Below are positions 21,401 through 31,759 of a stretch of 41,453 nucleotides of DNA, in pieces (position 1 is the stretch's first letter; each line of letters starts with the position of its first letter). The stretch covers positions 1 to 41,453 of the forward strand of contig QPMI01000440.1 of NCBI GenBank assembly GCA_004431415.1, written 5' to 3'. Under the pieces are notes generated by a model that saw nothing but the letters and a program-made list of their open reading frames with translations, was not told the DNA's origin and did not search any database. The position numbers and the translations under genes were made by a program. Source of the stretch: Cyanophora paradoxa CCMP329 (lineage: Eukaryota; Plantae; Glaucophyta).

Positions 21401-24400
21401 CGCACCCAGGGCGTACGCACAGGCCTTGCGGGTTGATGTTGCCGTAGAGGTGTGGGGCATCGCGGGCACGGACAGGTAGGAGGGGCGCGAGTTCCATGCT
21501 GAATTTGGTGAGCTGCGCAAGGCGGGCATTGAACGGGGCTGACGCGTCGCGGGAGGCGCCTTGCTTACGGAATTCGCGCGCGAGCCGTGCCCGGTCGGCC
21601 GGGGCGCCGAGCCACGAGGATTCAAGCGACGTCAGCCGCACGAAGTTACGCATTTCGCAGACGGCGCGGACGTGGGCCCGGGGGTCGGACTCGACGCGGT
21701 ACGCTCTGCTGGAGTCGTACCCTCCAGGCTCCTGCGGGGGGTGAGAAGAGGAGGACGAACTCGAACCCGCCGGGGGGAAAGAGGGGCTCACGCCGTGCTA
21801 GCCATGCACGTTTTGCGGCAGCCGAGACGGCGGGGTCGGATGCGACTGCGGGATCTGCCTGCCAGGTGGCGCTCTCGACGTCAGCCCAGGCATTGAGGCC
21901 GTGGCCATCGCTGCAGACCTTGGAGAACGGGGCGCAGGGGTGCAGGGCGAGTGCCGCTGCGGCGAGGCGGTCGGCTCGGTGGTTATCCCGGTCGTACGCA
22001 TCATTCAGTACCCTCTCCATGCGTTGGGCGATCGGGAGGCCGGCGAGGGCGGGAACGTGGGGCCCGAGAGCCGCGAGCGCGTCTCGACGGCGCTGGCGTT
22101 CCTCCCGGCGCGCCGTGCGGGTCTGACGTTCGATCTGGTGGAGAATGCGTCGAGTCTCGCGGCGGCGGAGGTGAGCAGTGCGCGCACGGATGTGCTCGGA
22201 CAGGTAGTTATAAGCGCCCGAAAGCGGGTTCGGGCGCCCGGCGTACACCCCTTGTCCCTCGCCGAATTTGGCGATAAGCTCGGCGTCAGAGGGCTCGGGG
22301 GGGAGGTCGTCCGGGGCGGAGAGGTAGGACACGTACGATCCGGAGTCGTCCGCATCGCTGTCCGTCTCGGGCTCTGCCGGGGCGACAGGCGCAGGCCGGT
22401 CAGTGTACTCTTTCTGATGCGCCTTCACCTTCTGTACGCGGACCTCGGCGGGTGGCCTTCCGGCGGCGGCGGCGAGGGCTCTGCGGTGCTGATGGACTTC
22501 TGCAGCCGCTCGCAGATGGTGCGAGAAGTTGGTGCGAAGGCCGCTGCGGACCGTCGAGTCAGCGCGGTGCAGGACAGAGCGGCGGATGAGTGACATCGCC
22601 GTCGAGCTGTCTGTCTTAACTGTGCAGCCCTCGGGCGACTTTAAGAAGGCCGTGAGGACGGCGAGGAGCTCGCCTTTGTTGTTGTTGACAGTGCCCGGGC
22701 ACGGGGCGACAAAGAAGTCGCTGCCGTCCGTGGGGATGGCTTCGGCGAGCTCCCGCAGGGCCGCCGCCTGTGGGGCGTCATCTTCTGCGCATGCATCGGC
22801 TTCACGCAGCAGCTGGTTTTTCAGCTGTATACCTTCGCTGCGGCGCTGGGCTTCCCGCTGCCGATCCGCTGGGGAGTGCGCCGCGTTCTGCTCGTGGTCC
22901 CGGGTCCAGACACCCGCGTAAGCCGTTAGCGCCGCCTCGGATCCGAACCCCGTTGTGCTGGCATCGGTCGCCGCCACTCTCGGGGCCGGGCAGCGGGGAG
23001 CTCCTCGCGGCGAAGCTCCTGGGCTACGAGGTTCCAGAACGGGTCGGCTAGGGGCTCCGGGTCGATGAGAAAGTGCTCGAGAGGCTGGCGATCCGGGTAT
23101 ACAGGCGGTGCGGTGCGCGGTGGCACTGTACCCGGGCGGCGTTGCTTGTAGCCCGACGGCGGCTGGGGCTGCGCGGAGGGATCCGCTTCGTAATCCCAAT
23201 CGCGTTCCCACGGAGGAAGGAAGAGCGTCGTGCGGAACTCGGTCCACCACTCCTGACTCTCTAGCTTCACAACCGCGTACGGTTCGTGCTTCCGCGTGCG
23301 GGTCGCCGGGGTGATTAGCTCGAGGAGGCGGGCCGGGTGAATGTGGATAGAGTCCTCGGTCCACTGGCAGGCGCCTGACTCCGGCTCAGAGTGGTCGCAG
23401 CGCTGGCGCGCCGCCTTGGCTGTCGCATCGTCCGTCGTGTACCGCGCATCGCACTCATCTTTGAGCATCGTGCACTTGTAGAATCGGGCGGCGCCCTCCC
23501 CGTCGCCGTCGCGGATCGTGCGGTCGCGCCAGATCCAATGTTCCAGGCGGACGTACACGCGGAGGCGCCCATCGTCTTCATCGCGCTTCTCCCATTTGCT
23601 AACGATGCGCGTCAGGTAGCCCTGCGGGTGCCAGGCGAACTGTCCCTCCACGTACGGCGGGCTCATCAGGTTCGCTTCGAAAAGCGTCTGCTGGCGCCGC
23701 GCCCCCTGCTTGAGCACGTGCATGGGGAAGCGCAGGGAGCGTGGGAGCTTCCTCGGCGGGACGGGCTCGCAGATTGCGCGGAGGAAGTCTGGGAACCACG
23801 ACGGCGCCCGGCTGAGACGCTGGCGGACGCGGCCGCTGCCCCAGAGGCTCGCCCAGTCCAGAACGGTGCGCCCGTCCGGGCCCGTGATGTCCGCCGCCGT
23901 CAGCAGATCGTGTTCCCACAGGAACGGCGCGGCGCTGCGGAGGAGGGCTGGCGGTAGAAGCGTAGTGAGGACGAATCTTCGTTCGAGTCGAGGATGCGGG
24001 AGGGCCGGAGTCAGGTGCGACCTTCCCGAGTCGAGGATGTAGCCCTCCGCATTCATATTTCGGGCTATAGCGAGGGCTAGATGATCGCGCCGGAGGGCCG
24101 GGCCTGGATCTAGGTTCGGATAGCAGTACGGGGGAGAGGAAGGCATAGCTTTTCCTGCGCCGCGAACACGCGGTGGAGGAGATACGGGCGAAGCGTCGGG
24201 TGGTTCGCGCGGATTGTTTCGTCTAGGACGTGTATGGCGAGCTGCTCGTCTGCCAGGCGCTTCAGCCCATAGAATCCGCGGCTCCATATTAGGGCGTTGG
24301 GCGCCGAGCGGCGGAGGCGCGCCTGATGCTTGACTAGCGTCATCCACAGGGTATCTATCTGGGCGCACTGGCGCTCGGTGTACGCGACAACCTTGCAGGC

Positions 24401-27400
24401 GTACGTGATGCGCGGGATGAGTACGCTGTTCACGATGTACACTGCTTCCTTTGCGGTGAGCTTCTTTTTCTTTAGGATCGCGCAGGCGGTCTGCGCCATC
24501 GTGTAGACCGCTTCGAACTGATGCCTCCAATTTAGGTCCGCGGTAAACCAGACCCCCAGGAACTTGAAGGGCTTCGTCGGGGGCAGGACGTGGTGCGCAC
24601 GCTCCTTAGCCCCGGGCGGGCCAAGGAGGGGCGGTTTGGGCTCGGGAGATACGTTGTTATAAGTGAACTCAGTCTTCTTCGCGTTCAGGGCGATATCGTG
24701 GATCCAGAAGAATTCCGATACCAGGTCCGCATGCAGTTGTACCCCCCGCGCGGACGAGCTGATGAGCACGGTGTCGTCCGCGTAGGCCTGCCCTGGCGAG
24801 TCAACGTCGGGGAGGTGAGCCCGGAGGCGGTGAGCTGGCGGGGGGGCCGGGCGAGGTGCGATCCCGGGCCCCATGCGGTATGTTGTACCCTCCGCCGCGC
24901 TGACTTCGCGCAGGGCCGTAAGGAAGACATCGTAAAAGATGAGCCAGTGGATAGGCGATTCCGTACCCCCTGGGGAAGCCCGCACTCGACATCCAACGGT
25001 TCGGTGGGGCCGTACCCGGTGAGGACCGATGCCTTGCGCCGCGTCGTGAGCTGTTCGTACAGCTGAATGTACTTCTCAGGGATGCGGAGGCGGCGGAGGG
25101 CCATCGCCATGCTGGGCCAGCTCACGCTGTCGTAGGCTCGACGGATGTCAAGGAGGAGCAGGTAGATCGGTTTAGAGAACTGTTTCGCATCTTCAAGTAA
25201 TGCGCGCATCATGTAGAGCGGCTCGTCCGTCGATTTACCACGTGTAAAGGCGTAGTTTGCGCCCTTCAGTAGTTCGTTCTTTCGGATGATCCTGGAGAGT
25301 CTATCCGTGAGAAGAGCTGTTACCAGTTTCAGGGCGCATTCTTGCAGTGTTATCGGTCTGACGTTGTCAGGGTGCCCGTCCCATTCCCCGCTCTTCGGGA
25401 TCAGGCAGATATTTCCGTAGAGCAGAGGTTCAGGAACAGCTCCGAGCTCTAGAATCAGGTTGACCGTCACCAGTAGAAGCCGCCTGCAGGTTGGCGTTCT
25501 GTTTTCGGACTGGAGGGCCGAGGTGTCCAGGCCCGCTTTCTTCAGCTCTTCGAGCGTTTTCTTGGGGAGGACAGGGTCACTCCACAGCATCTTAATCATT
25601 TCATTCGAGAGGCCCGAGGGCCCTGCCGCCCCGTTTCTCAGCGAGCCAATGATTCTGCCCAGCTCCGTGTCCTCCGTGCGATTCAGTAGGCTATCGAATA
25701 GGGCTGCATCTATGTCGTCCCGCGGCGCGTGCAGTCGCTGCCAGAGGCGGGGGTCCCGGGCGCATTCGCTTAGCGGGAGACCTAGCGGGTCGGGGCAGGC
25801 CGTTAGGGGTGCTCTGCGCTTGGTCCAGGCGTGCATGTGCTGGCGGGCAAAGGGACAGACTTGCTCTTCGGAGTCATACACTTTGTATTCGAGCCCATCG
25901 AAGAACGAGAAAGATGTGATACCTCGGCGAGCCGGCGCCTCCAGGACCAGTCGGAGGTGCTGCGCGAGGTCAACTTTGAACATGCGGCGCGTGCGTTCGC
26001 GGCTCGCCAGGATGCGCTTGGTCTCGAAGCCGCGGATGTGCAGGTCGACCTTCTTGTCGAGCGCCGAGACCCATGCCAGGAACACATCGTAGTGCTCGAG
26101 CCAGCGGGGCTGCGGCGCTGAGAAAGGAGGAGAGGGGGGTGGAGCCGGGAGGAGACTATAGCCGGACCGTTTCTCCACGGGGAGCTGCGAGATGCGACGG
26201 TTATGGTTCGAGATGGCGAGGCGGAGGTCCGATAGCGCGTGTCTCACTCGGCAAGGCGTGGAGTCGGGTCCGTGTCGCGCCGCCGCCCAGGTGCGCCGGA
26301 GTTCCTGCGCGCGCGTGAGCAGCGCCGACTCTGGCCGGCCCCTGCGGGAGAACTTTTGGGTCTTGCGTGCGGGCGTGTACATGCCGAAGTCCGCGGACTG
26401 GCCGATCTCCTTGACTCGATCGAGCGCCCCGTCGAGCGCGGCGCTGAGGCGGGTCAGGCGCTGCTGCGGCGGCGCGGCGGCGTCCCGCTCGATTTCGTCG
26501 AGGATTGCTGCCACGCATTCGGCGCCGGGGCTGGTCCGGCTCAGGCTGGCCTCCAGGAGCTCCTTGAACCGAACTTTCGTCAGAGCGGCTTGCTTTCCGT
26601 ACTGGAACCTAGGCGGGCGCTGGGGGGCGGGCGGCGGGCCGGACGAGAACTGGAGGCCGAGTCCGCGCCTGTCGTACTCGGCGAGTACCGGGAAGTGGTC
26701 GGACTCGTAGGGCGCGTGGCGGGGGGATACCTGAACTGCCCGGAGTCCGGCCCCGGCTGCCGTGGACTGGAGAATGTAGTCGAGCCGAGCAGCTGTCCGC
26801 AGGTGGCCCGTCGCAGTGATCCCTCGCGGCTCAGGCCCGCGCTGTTTGTCGGGGAAGATGAAGGTGATCTGATCGTCCGTGCCCGCCAGCTTCGCAGCGT
26901 CGCGCAGGTTCCAGGCGCTCTCGCTGAGAAGCTCTCTCCACCAGCGATGCTCCGGTTCGTGTGAGCTGGCGTAGCGCGCGTTGCGGATCCGGCCGGTCGC
27001 CGGGCAGACACAGCTGTTGAAGTCACCGAGCAGGAACAGGTGCGCCTTGTGTCGGGCCGCCCAGTCGGCGAGGATGTTGTTTCGCATGTACTCGATGATC
27101 CGGGCGCTCTCCGTGTTCGCTGAGGTGCGGCTTTCTCCCGGCGGCAGGTACACGCTCGCTACGAAGACCTGCACGTTGTCCGCGAAGCGCAGCTCGCACC
27201 CGACGACTCGCCCCGGCATTGAGTAGGTGCGGAAGCAGTGCTTCGCCATGTCCGCGGACAGCAGCAGCGCAACGCCTGACCCGCGCGCAGACGGCTCCTT
27301 GGGGTCGTTCTTCTTCTTCTTCTTCTTTTTCTTCATCGGCTCGGCGCGGCGGGGCGCGCTAGGGTGGACCGAGGTCAGCATGACGCCGGCGTCGATGGCC

Positions 27401-27975
27401 TGCCTCATCGCTCGGGCTGCCGCGGCGGTACAGTTAAGTGATTGGACGCCCATGACGCTGATCCCCCAGTCCTTCATGTACTTTTGCAGGTGGCCGACGT
27501 GGTTCACGCTCGAGCACGACCGTGCGTTCCAGGTGGCGATCCGCCAGGCCTGCTTAGCGTCGAATTGGCGCTTCAGCGTGCGCGGCCGCGCGCCGAGCTT
27601 TGCGTGGGTGAAGAGGTCCGTCGGGAAGAGGTCAATTATACGGGGCGCGGCCCGGCCCTGTTGCGCCCCCCCCGCCGTGTTCACGTTATTGTTCATTGTC
27701 CCCTCAGTATGTCCCTCTCGCTCGGCGGGCGTTTGGCTAGGAGGGGAGTACGCGGGAGTATGTCCCTCTCGCTCGGCGGGCGTTTGGCGACTAGATCTAG
27801 ACAGGGACCTAGATCTACTGAGCCTGCAGCTTTCTGAGAAGCTATTGACTGCTGCTCGGGGCACACGACGAAGAATCCTGCCTCTGTCTTGCCAGAAAAG
27901 ACTGTGCACTGCGACGCGGGCGCAGCTATCGATGCCCCGAAGCTGACACGCCCGCGCGCCGTCTCCATCGTCCAT
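18447..27975 (-). CDS. LINE polyprotein: APE endonuclease - RT - RNase H - CCHC - Ulp1/C48 protease - Pro-rich tail (several frameshifts; ends approximate)
   Basis: APE: IATWNARS, GVALL, LLGDFNS, RLDYIL, SDHFPV. RT: RPITL, LLDIRRAYDSV, GLPQG, YADD, FKFLGVWF. RNase H: ATDAS, GELLAV, KTDS, KVKAH, NHRADRLA. Zn knuckle CVRPGC..ETHDHAFGLC, then IWQARN. Ulp1 motifs follow. Confidence 0.9.
19530..20140 (-). CDS. Ulp1/SENP (peptidase C48) domain of the LINE polyprotein
   Basis: LSRLNGETWLDDETVVFYL; after a frameshift FDFDVLLFPIHSPGHWTFAAI..ELYDAY..PEQRDRFSCGVIVC. This gives the His-Asp-Cys triad and oxyanion Gln. Confidence 0.85.
20415..21353. repeat. Internal LINE segment duplicated at the element's 5' end
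   Basis: Near-identical to ~28930-29870 in direct orientation. Confidence 0.92.
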
Positions 27976-28949
27976 TGCTGCGTCGCGTGTTGGCGGTGCA
28001 CTGCGGCTAAGGGAGGACGCCGCGACACGCGCACCCCGACGTTCGCGGTCGGGCGGCCTAGAGGCTTCATCCTGGAGCCGGCATCCGAGCGCGCCGCGTT
28101 CTGCGATGGTCGGCGATGAGCGGGAGGAAACGATCTTTGGTGAGGAGTCGCGTGCGGCACCCGTTGCTCAGCGATCGAGGGCCTTTCGGGTTCCTGTGAT
28201 CTGGACTGGCGGGACCGTTCGAGGGCCTGCGGTGGTTGGGAGCAGATCAGACTTGCTGTGTACAGGCGGGAGAACTGCGCGTTCGTGCTCACGTTGTTAG
28301 GCAAGCCACCGGCTTCGGCGCGCGATCGCTTCGCCGGCGTGCGAGCCACCGGCTGCTGCTGATCTGCTTTACGCTTGCCCTGTGGGTCCGGCGGCGGAGA
28401 ACGTGGGTCGCCGCGCCACTCGGACCCGCCTTCCCTTCCCGAAGACATCGCGTCGTCCCGCATGGCCACGAGTGCTTGGAAGGGGTTGGCGTGCGTGAAC
28501 GCCAGTGCCGGGCGTGCAGAGCTAGAGCTGCTCGCGTACGGAAGGGGCCGAGAGTGTGATCTATACCCCCCCTTCGTTCGCCGTGGTCGTCCCGCGGCGT
28601 CTCTAGCGCGGCTCGGCATGCGCCTACTAGTCCAGGCGATTCTACAAGAGCCCCAGAGACGCTTGGAAGCGACTCCGAGGTTTCGGCGCCAAGTGACCGT
28701 TGGCGCTGATGACGTGCGCACGCGCGTGACCTGTGCGGCGCGGCGCGGGCACAGGTTAGCTAGCGCACGGGATAGTGATATCGATCCAACATGTAGTCGG
28801 GCACGCGAAGAGGGCGAGCGATTCAGTCCAGAGGTTCGGGCGAGCATGTCCGGCAGGCGATTTGGGCAAGAGGCCGTGTCCTGAGCGAGCACGCCGCTCG
28901 ACTGCAGGCTTAAGGCACGTGAGACATCCGAGGATGCTCTGAGGTTCAT
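27693..28949 (-). CDS. Possible LINE ORF1 or N-terminal extension (low complexity, R/S/P-rich)
   Basis: 418-aa open frame upstream of and overlapping the APE ORF. No recognisable domain, and GC-rich DNA makes spurious ORFs likely. Confidence 0.35.
   Translation of the reverse strand: MNLRASSDVSRALSLQSSGVLAQDTASCPNRLPDMLARTSGLNRSPSSRARLHVGSISLSRALANLCPRRAAQVTRVRTSSAPTVTWRRNLGVASKRLWGSCRIAWTSRRMPSRARDAAGRPRRTKGGYRSHSRPLPYASSSSSARPALAFTHANPFQALVAMRDDAMSSGREGGSEWRGDPRSPPPDPQGKRKADQQQPVARTPAKRSRAEAGGLPNNVSTNAQFSRLYTASLICSQPPQALERSRQSRSQEPERPSIAEQRVPHATPHQRSFPPAHRRPSQNAARSDAGSRMKPLGRPTANVGVRVSRRPPLAAVHRQHATQQWTMETARGRVSFGASIAAPASQCTVFSGKTEAGFFVVCPEQQSIASQKAAGSVDLGPCLDLVAKRPPSERDILPRTPLLAKRPPSERDILRGQ
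27706..27789. repeat. Direct repeat AGTATGTCCCTCTCGCTCGGCGGGCGTTTGGC x2 (QTPAEREGHT)
   Basis: Two identical 32-nt units with a 51-nt period. Confidence 0.85.
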
Positions 28950-29870
28950 GGGAGGCCGTGCGGGCTGTCTGCAGCAACATTCATCAGGTCATGGGCGTCG
29001 GGCGGGGAGGGCGGGCAAGCTGGACGGTCTGTGCTCGACCGGCCTACTGCTGAGTGCGCATCGCGCGCTGGCGCTGCCGTCGGCTGGAGACGGGCGCGTT
29101 CCGGTACGCTTGGGGTACCGGAATACTACTGACCGGCACTACGGGTGCGGGCTGCGGGTTCGGGTCCGGCTGGGGGCGTGTCTCCCGGGCGCGGCGGCTT
29201 CTTCGGCGGGCCGCGGGGTCTGTTGCTGGCGGGGGTCGAGGCGCCGTCAGAGTCCGACGCGTGAGGCCACAGCGGCGCTGCCAGGCTTGGACGTCCGAGT
29301 TTCGCGCCTGCCAAATCTCCTGGAGCCCAGTCACAAGTACATCAAAGATCCCGTTCGCGCATTTCCGAGCAGCGGGGCGCGGACATGAAGGTACTCGAGG
29401 GCCGGGACCAGACTGCGGGGGAGGAGCAGCCGGACGGACAGGCGGGGCGAGTCGTGCGAGAGGTCGGTGAAAAGGGCCTGTCCGTGAGTCAGCCAGCGGG
29501 AGGGGGAGCCGTAGAGACAGGCACGGAGGTGGGGGGTACAGGCCCGGGTCGCGAGCGTTCGTGCACGGTCTGACGCCAGCGGCGTTCGTCAGCGAGGGCG
29601 AAGGCGGGAAATAGGTCGCGGAGGAACAGGCCGTCCGACTTCAGGCCGTCCGGGAGCTCGTACCTCGTTGCGGCCGACTTTAGTCTCTGCGTGGTGATCG
29701 TTGTGTGGAGGAGGTTGTAAATCTTGGATTGCATAGCGAGCCGGGCCGCTTGCGATGCCAAACAAAGGCCGAAGGCGTGGTCGTGGGTCTCGGGTTGACT
29801 CGCGCTGTGGAGCGCCGGCGGGGGGTCGCGGTCTGCGGTTGCGGCGGCTCCTGGGTCGCGCCTCGGTGCC
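28930..29870. repeat. Extra 5' copy of LINE internal segment 20415-21353
   Basis: Near identity from ~28980 to 29870; partial identity over ~28930-28980. Confidence 0.92.
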
Positions 29871-30077
29871 TTTGTTACAGATATTGGAAAATATACAATT
29901 ACAGTTATGGGTATCAGAACAGATATAGCTGCTGTCTCAGCTCTAAGAGGTGTTACTCCTGATACTCTTTCTCAAACAGGGTTTTACCAGGAACCAGATG
30001 TGATTGATAACCCAACCCCATAAATTATATATTACTTTAATGTAAAATGGCTGCCCCAGTAGAGCGAATTATTACAC
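29871..30077 (+). repeat. Right copy of ~206-bp target site duplication
   Basis: TTTGTTACAGATATTGG...GAATTATTACAC repeats 17713-17917. Confidence 0.92.
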
Positions 30078-30873
30078 CCCAACTCTCATTAGCAGCACCT
30101 GCAAATCACGTTTTGCAGCATGCTACTTTTGATGATGTAGAAGGTCTCCAATCCACAGAAGTACAACCTACAATGAATACCTTTGGTTCCACCCATAAAC
30201 TGAGATTGCAGGAACTCAGATGTGATAAAAATAATGGTATAGTTAAGACAACGAAACTCCTTGTGACAAATGCGAACTTTTCTGCCCATTATGGAGACCC
30301 AGACAGTTATGGTGATCCTCTTTCTACTTATTCTTTTGAATCTCGGTCGGGAGCTATTAACTGCAAAACGGGGGAGCATATATTGGTGATGGTCTTCGGA
30401 TTGGTGGAGCTGTTGGTGCGCCTCTTTTCGTAAATGATCAACCCAATCCCATTGATCCCAACACCAGAATTCGCACCTATGTCCCCAGTATGAATGCACC
30501 ATATATTATCAAGATCTTCCCAATTGTTGTGAATGAGCAGACATCAGTAGTTGATTCTCTTGTTGAGATTGGTGACCACTACAAGGTGGTCGTGGATATT
30601 CCACCAGATGTTTATGCTGTCTGTCAAGTAGAGGGTGGAACCCCAAATATTGCAGTTGTAATCACTCCATATGACAATTTCGGGATTGCTTATCATGGAG
30701 TGAATTTCGGTCTTGAAGATTACCAGTTTTTGGTGAGAGCCACCAGATTTGGTATCTACAAATGCATTCTCTATGCTGAGAGAACCGATGCTATTGCAAG
30801 ACAGAATACATATGCAGAATATTACGGCACAAATCGATACTTCCCCATTTTCGGGCAGGATACTGCTCCATAG
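30047..30873 (+). CDS. Fibre/adhesin paralog 4 (frameshifted)
   Basis: N-terminal block STE..TF..LRLQELRCDKNNGIVKTTKLLVTNANF; C-terminus resembles paralog 3 (PYDNFGIAY vs GYDHFGTGF; AERTD vs GIRTD). Confidence 0.72.
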
Positions 30874-30898
30874 AAATCTCAGGTATATATAGAGAGGA

Positions 30899-31171
30899 AT
30901 GGATGATAAAACAAAGAAATTCATAGAATCTGCAATGATGGTTCATGGTGATGCTAAATTCGATTATAGTGAGACAGTGTATAAGAAAGCACAAGAGAAG
31001 GTCTCTGTTAGATGCCTTAAATGCAACAAGATCCTCCAAACCTACCCATTTAATCATGTAAGGGGAAGTGGATGCAGAGAGTGCAACAAGAAATCCTCTC
31101 ATGCTTACAGAAAAAAGACTACATCAGGAATTGTGATAGATGATAAACCAGTGGTACTGTACTTTGATTAG
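30899..31171 (+). CDS. Zn-ribbon protein (HG..DYS..Y..CxxC..H..G.GCxxC; DUF723/CapR-like viral domain)
   Basis: KFIESAMMVHGDAKFDYSETVY..VRCLKC..NHVRGSGCREC. Confidence 0.75.
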   Translation: MDDKTKKFIESAMMVHGDAKFDYSETVYKKAQEKVSVRCLKCNKILQTYPFNHVRGSGCRECNKKSSHAYRKKTTSGIVIDDKPVVLYFD

Positions 31172-31317
31172 ATCTTTGAGAGAGAAATGAGGATCTTTCC
31201 CCATTTTCCCTTTGTGATTATGCATGTGTCAAAGCAGTTTGGACAGGTCTTGTGGTAGTGCAGCAGAATGATATCCACCAACTCATAAGGTAGCACTCTT
31301 GCTAAGATGGTTCGCAT
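31168..31317 (-). CDS. 49-aa ORF with CxxCxxxC (MRTILARVLPYELVDIILLHYHKTCPNCFDTC...)
   Basis: Intact in both copies (36022-36171 on +); fills the gap between neighbouring genes; below the ORF-track cutoff. Confidence 0.45.
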   Translation of the reverse strand: MRTILARVLPYELVDIILLHYHKTCPNCFDTCIITKGKWGKILISLSKI

Positions 31318-31357
31318 TCTACCAATCGCGTTTTTAATTTTTCTAAATTATTCATAA

Positions 31358-31759
31358 ATGAATACTCATCGAGGCTTCCATGTGATGCTGGATTACAAAT
31401 TCAGAACCCAATTAGCAGTAGGAGTGGAAGACTTGGAGACAACGACCAGGTGGTTAATGCAGTTCTTACAAACTATTATTCAAGAGCAAGGTATTCGAGT
31501 AGTTCACAAGCATTGCGAGATTTTCGATGGTGGTATTTCTCCTCCTGGTTTTGCAATGGTTCTTCTGCTGGATGAGAGCCACTGCACTGCTCATTGTTAC
31601 TCAAATGAAGGTATGCTGGCGATTGATATATTCAGTTGTGGATTAGAAGCAGAGAGAAAAACCACGAGAGTATCTCATGAGATAGATGAGAGAATAACAG
31701 GTGTGTTTTCAGGGTTGGAGAAATCGGAGAAACATAGAGTATTGCGATTTCCGAGTTAG
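31358..31759 (+). CDS. speD: Pyruvoyl-dependent S-adenosylmethionine decarboxylase proenzyme (short, prokaryotic class 1b-like)
   Basis: GFHVMLD; PPGFAMVLLLDESHCTAHCYSNEGMLAIDIFSCG matches the E|SH autocleavage site and DxFxCG motif; 133 aa, intact. Confidence 0.85.
   Translation: MNTHRGFHVMLDYKFRTQLAVGVEDLETTTRWLMQFLQTIIQEQGIRVVHKHCEIFDGGISPPGFAMVLLLDESHCTAHCYSNEGMLAIDIFSCGLEAERKTTRVSHEIDERITGVFSGLEKSEKHRVLRFPS

Larger units (their letters stand above)
17918..29870 (-). mobile_element. GC-rich non-LTR retrotransposon (APE/RT/RNase H LINE with Ulp1 protease)
   Basis: Abrupt jump in GC content; T13 at 17918-17930 is a poly(A) tail on the minus strand; APE, RT, RNase H and CCHC motifs; flanking direct repeat; absent from copy B. 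Confidence 0.95.

Noticed and set aside
27305-27337. (TTC)n microsatellite
   Set aside because: Simply encodes a poly-Lys, NLS-like loop within the APE domain; not a separate feature.
18100-29760. Many long plus-strand and alternative-frame ORFs rich in G/R/A/P
   Set aside because: Shadow ORFs expected in very GC-rich DNA; all conserved motifs lie on the minus-strand polyprotein.
20415-29870. LTR or DIRS/Ngaro retrotransposon, suggested by the ~930-bp direct repeats
   Set aside because: One repeat is internal and coding. The element has APE, a LINE-type RT and a poly(A) tail, and no integrase or tyrosine recombinase.
14614-30873. Diversity-generating retroelement (RT beside fibre genes with a repeat pair)
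   Set aside because: The RT is LINE-type, and the 206-bp repeats show no adenine-specific substitutions, only indels.
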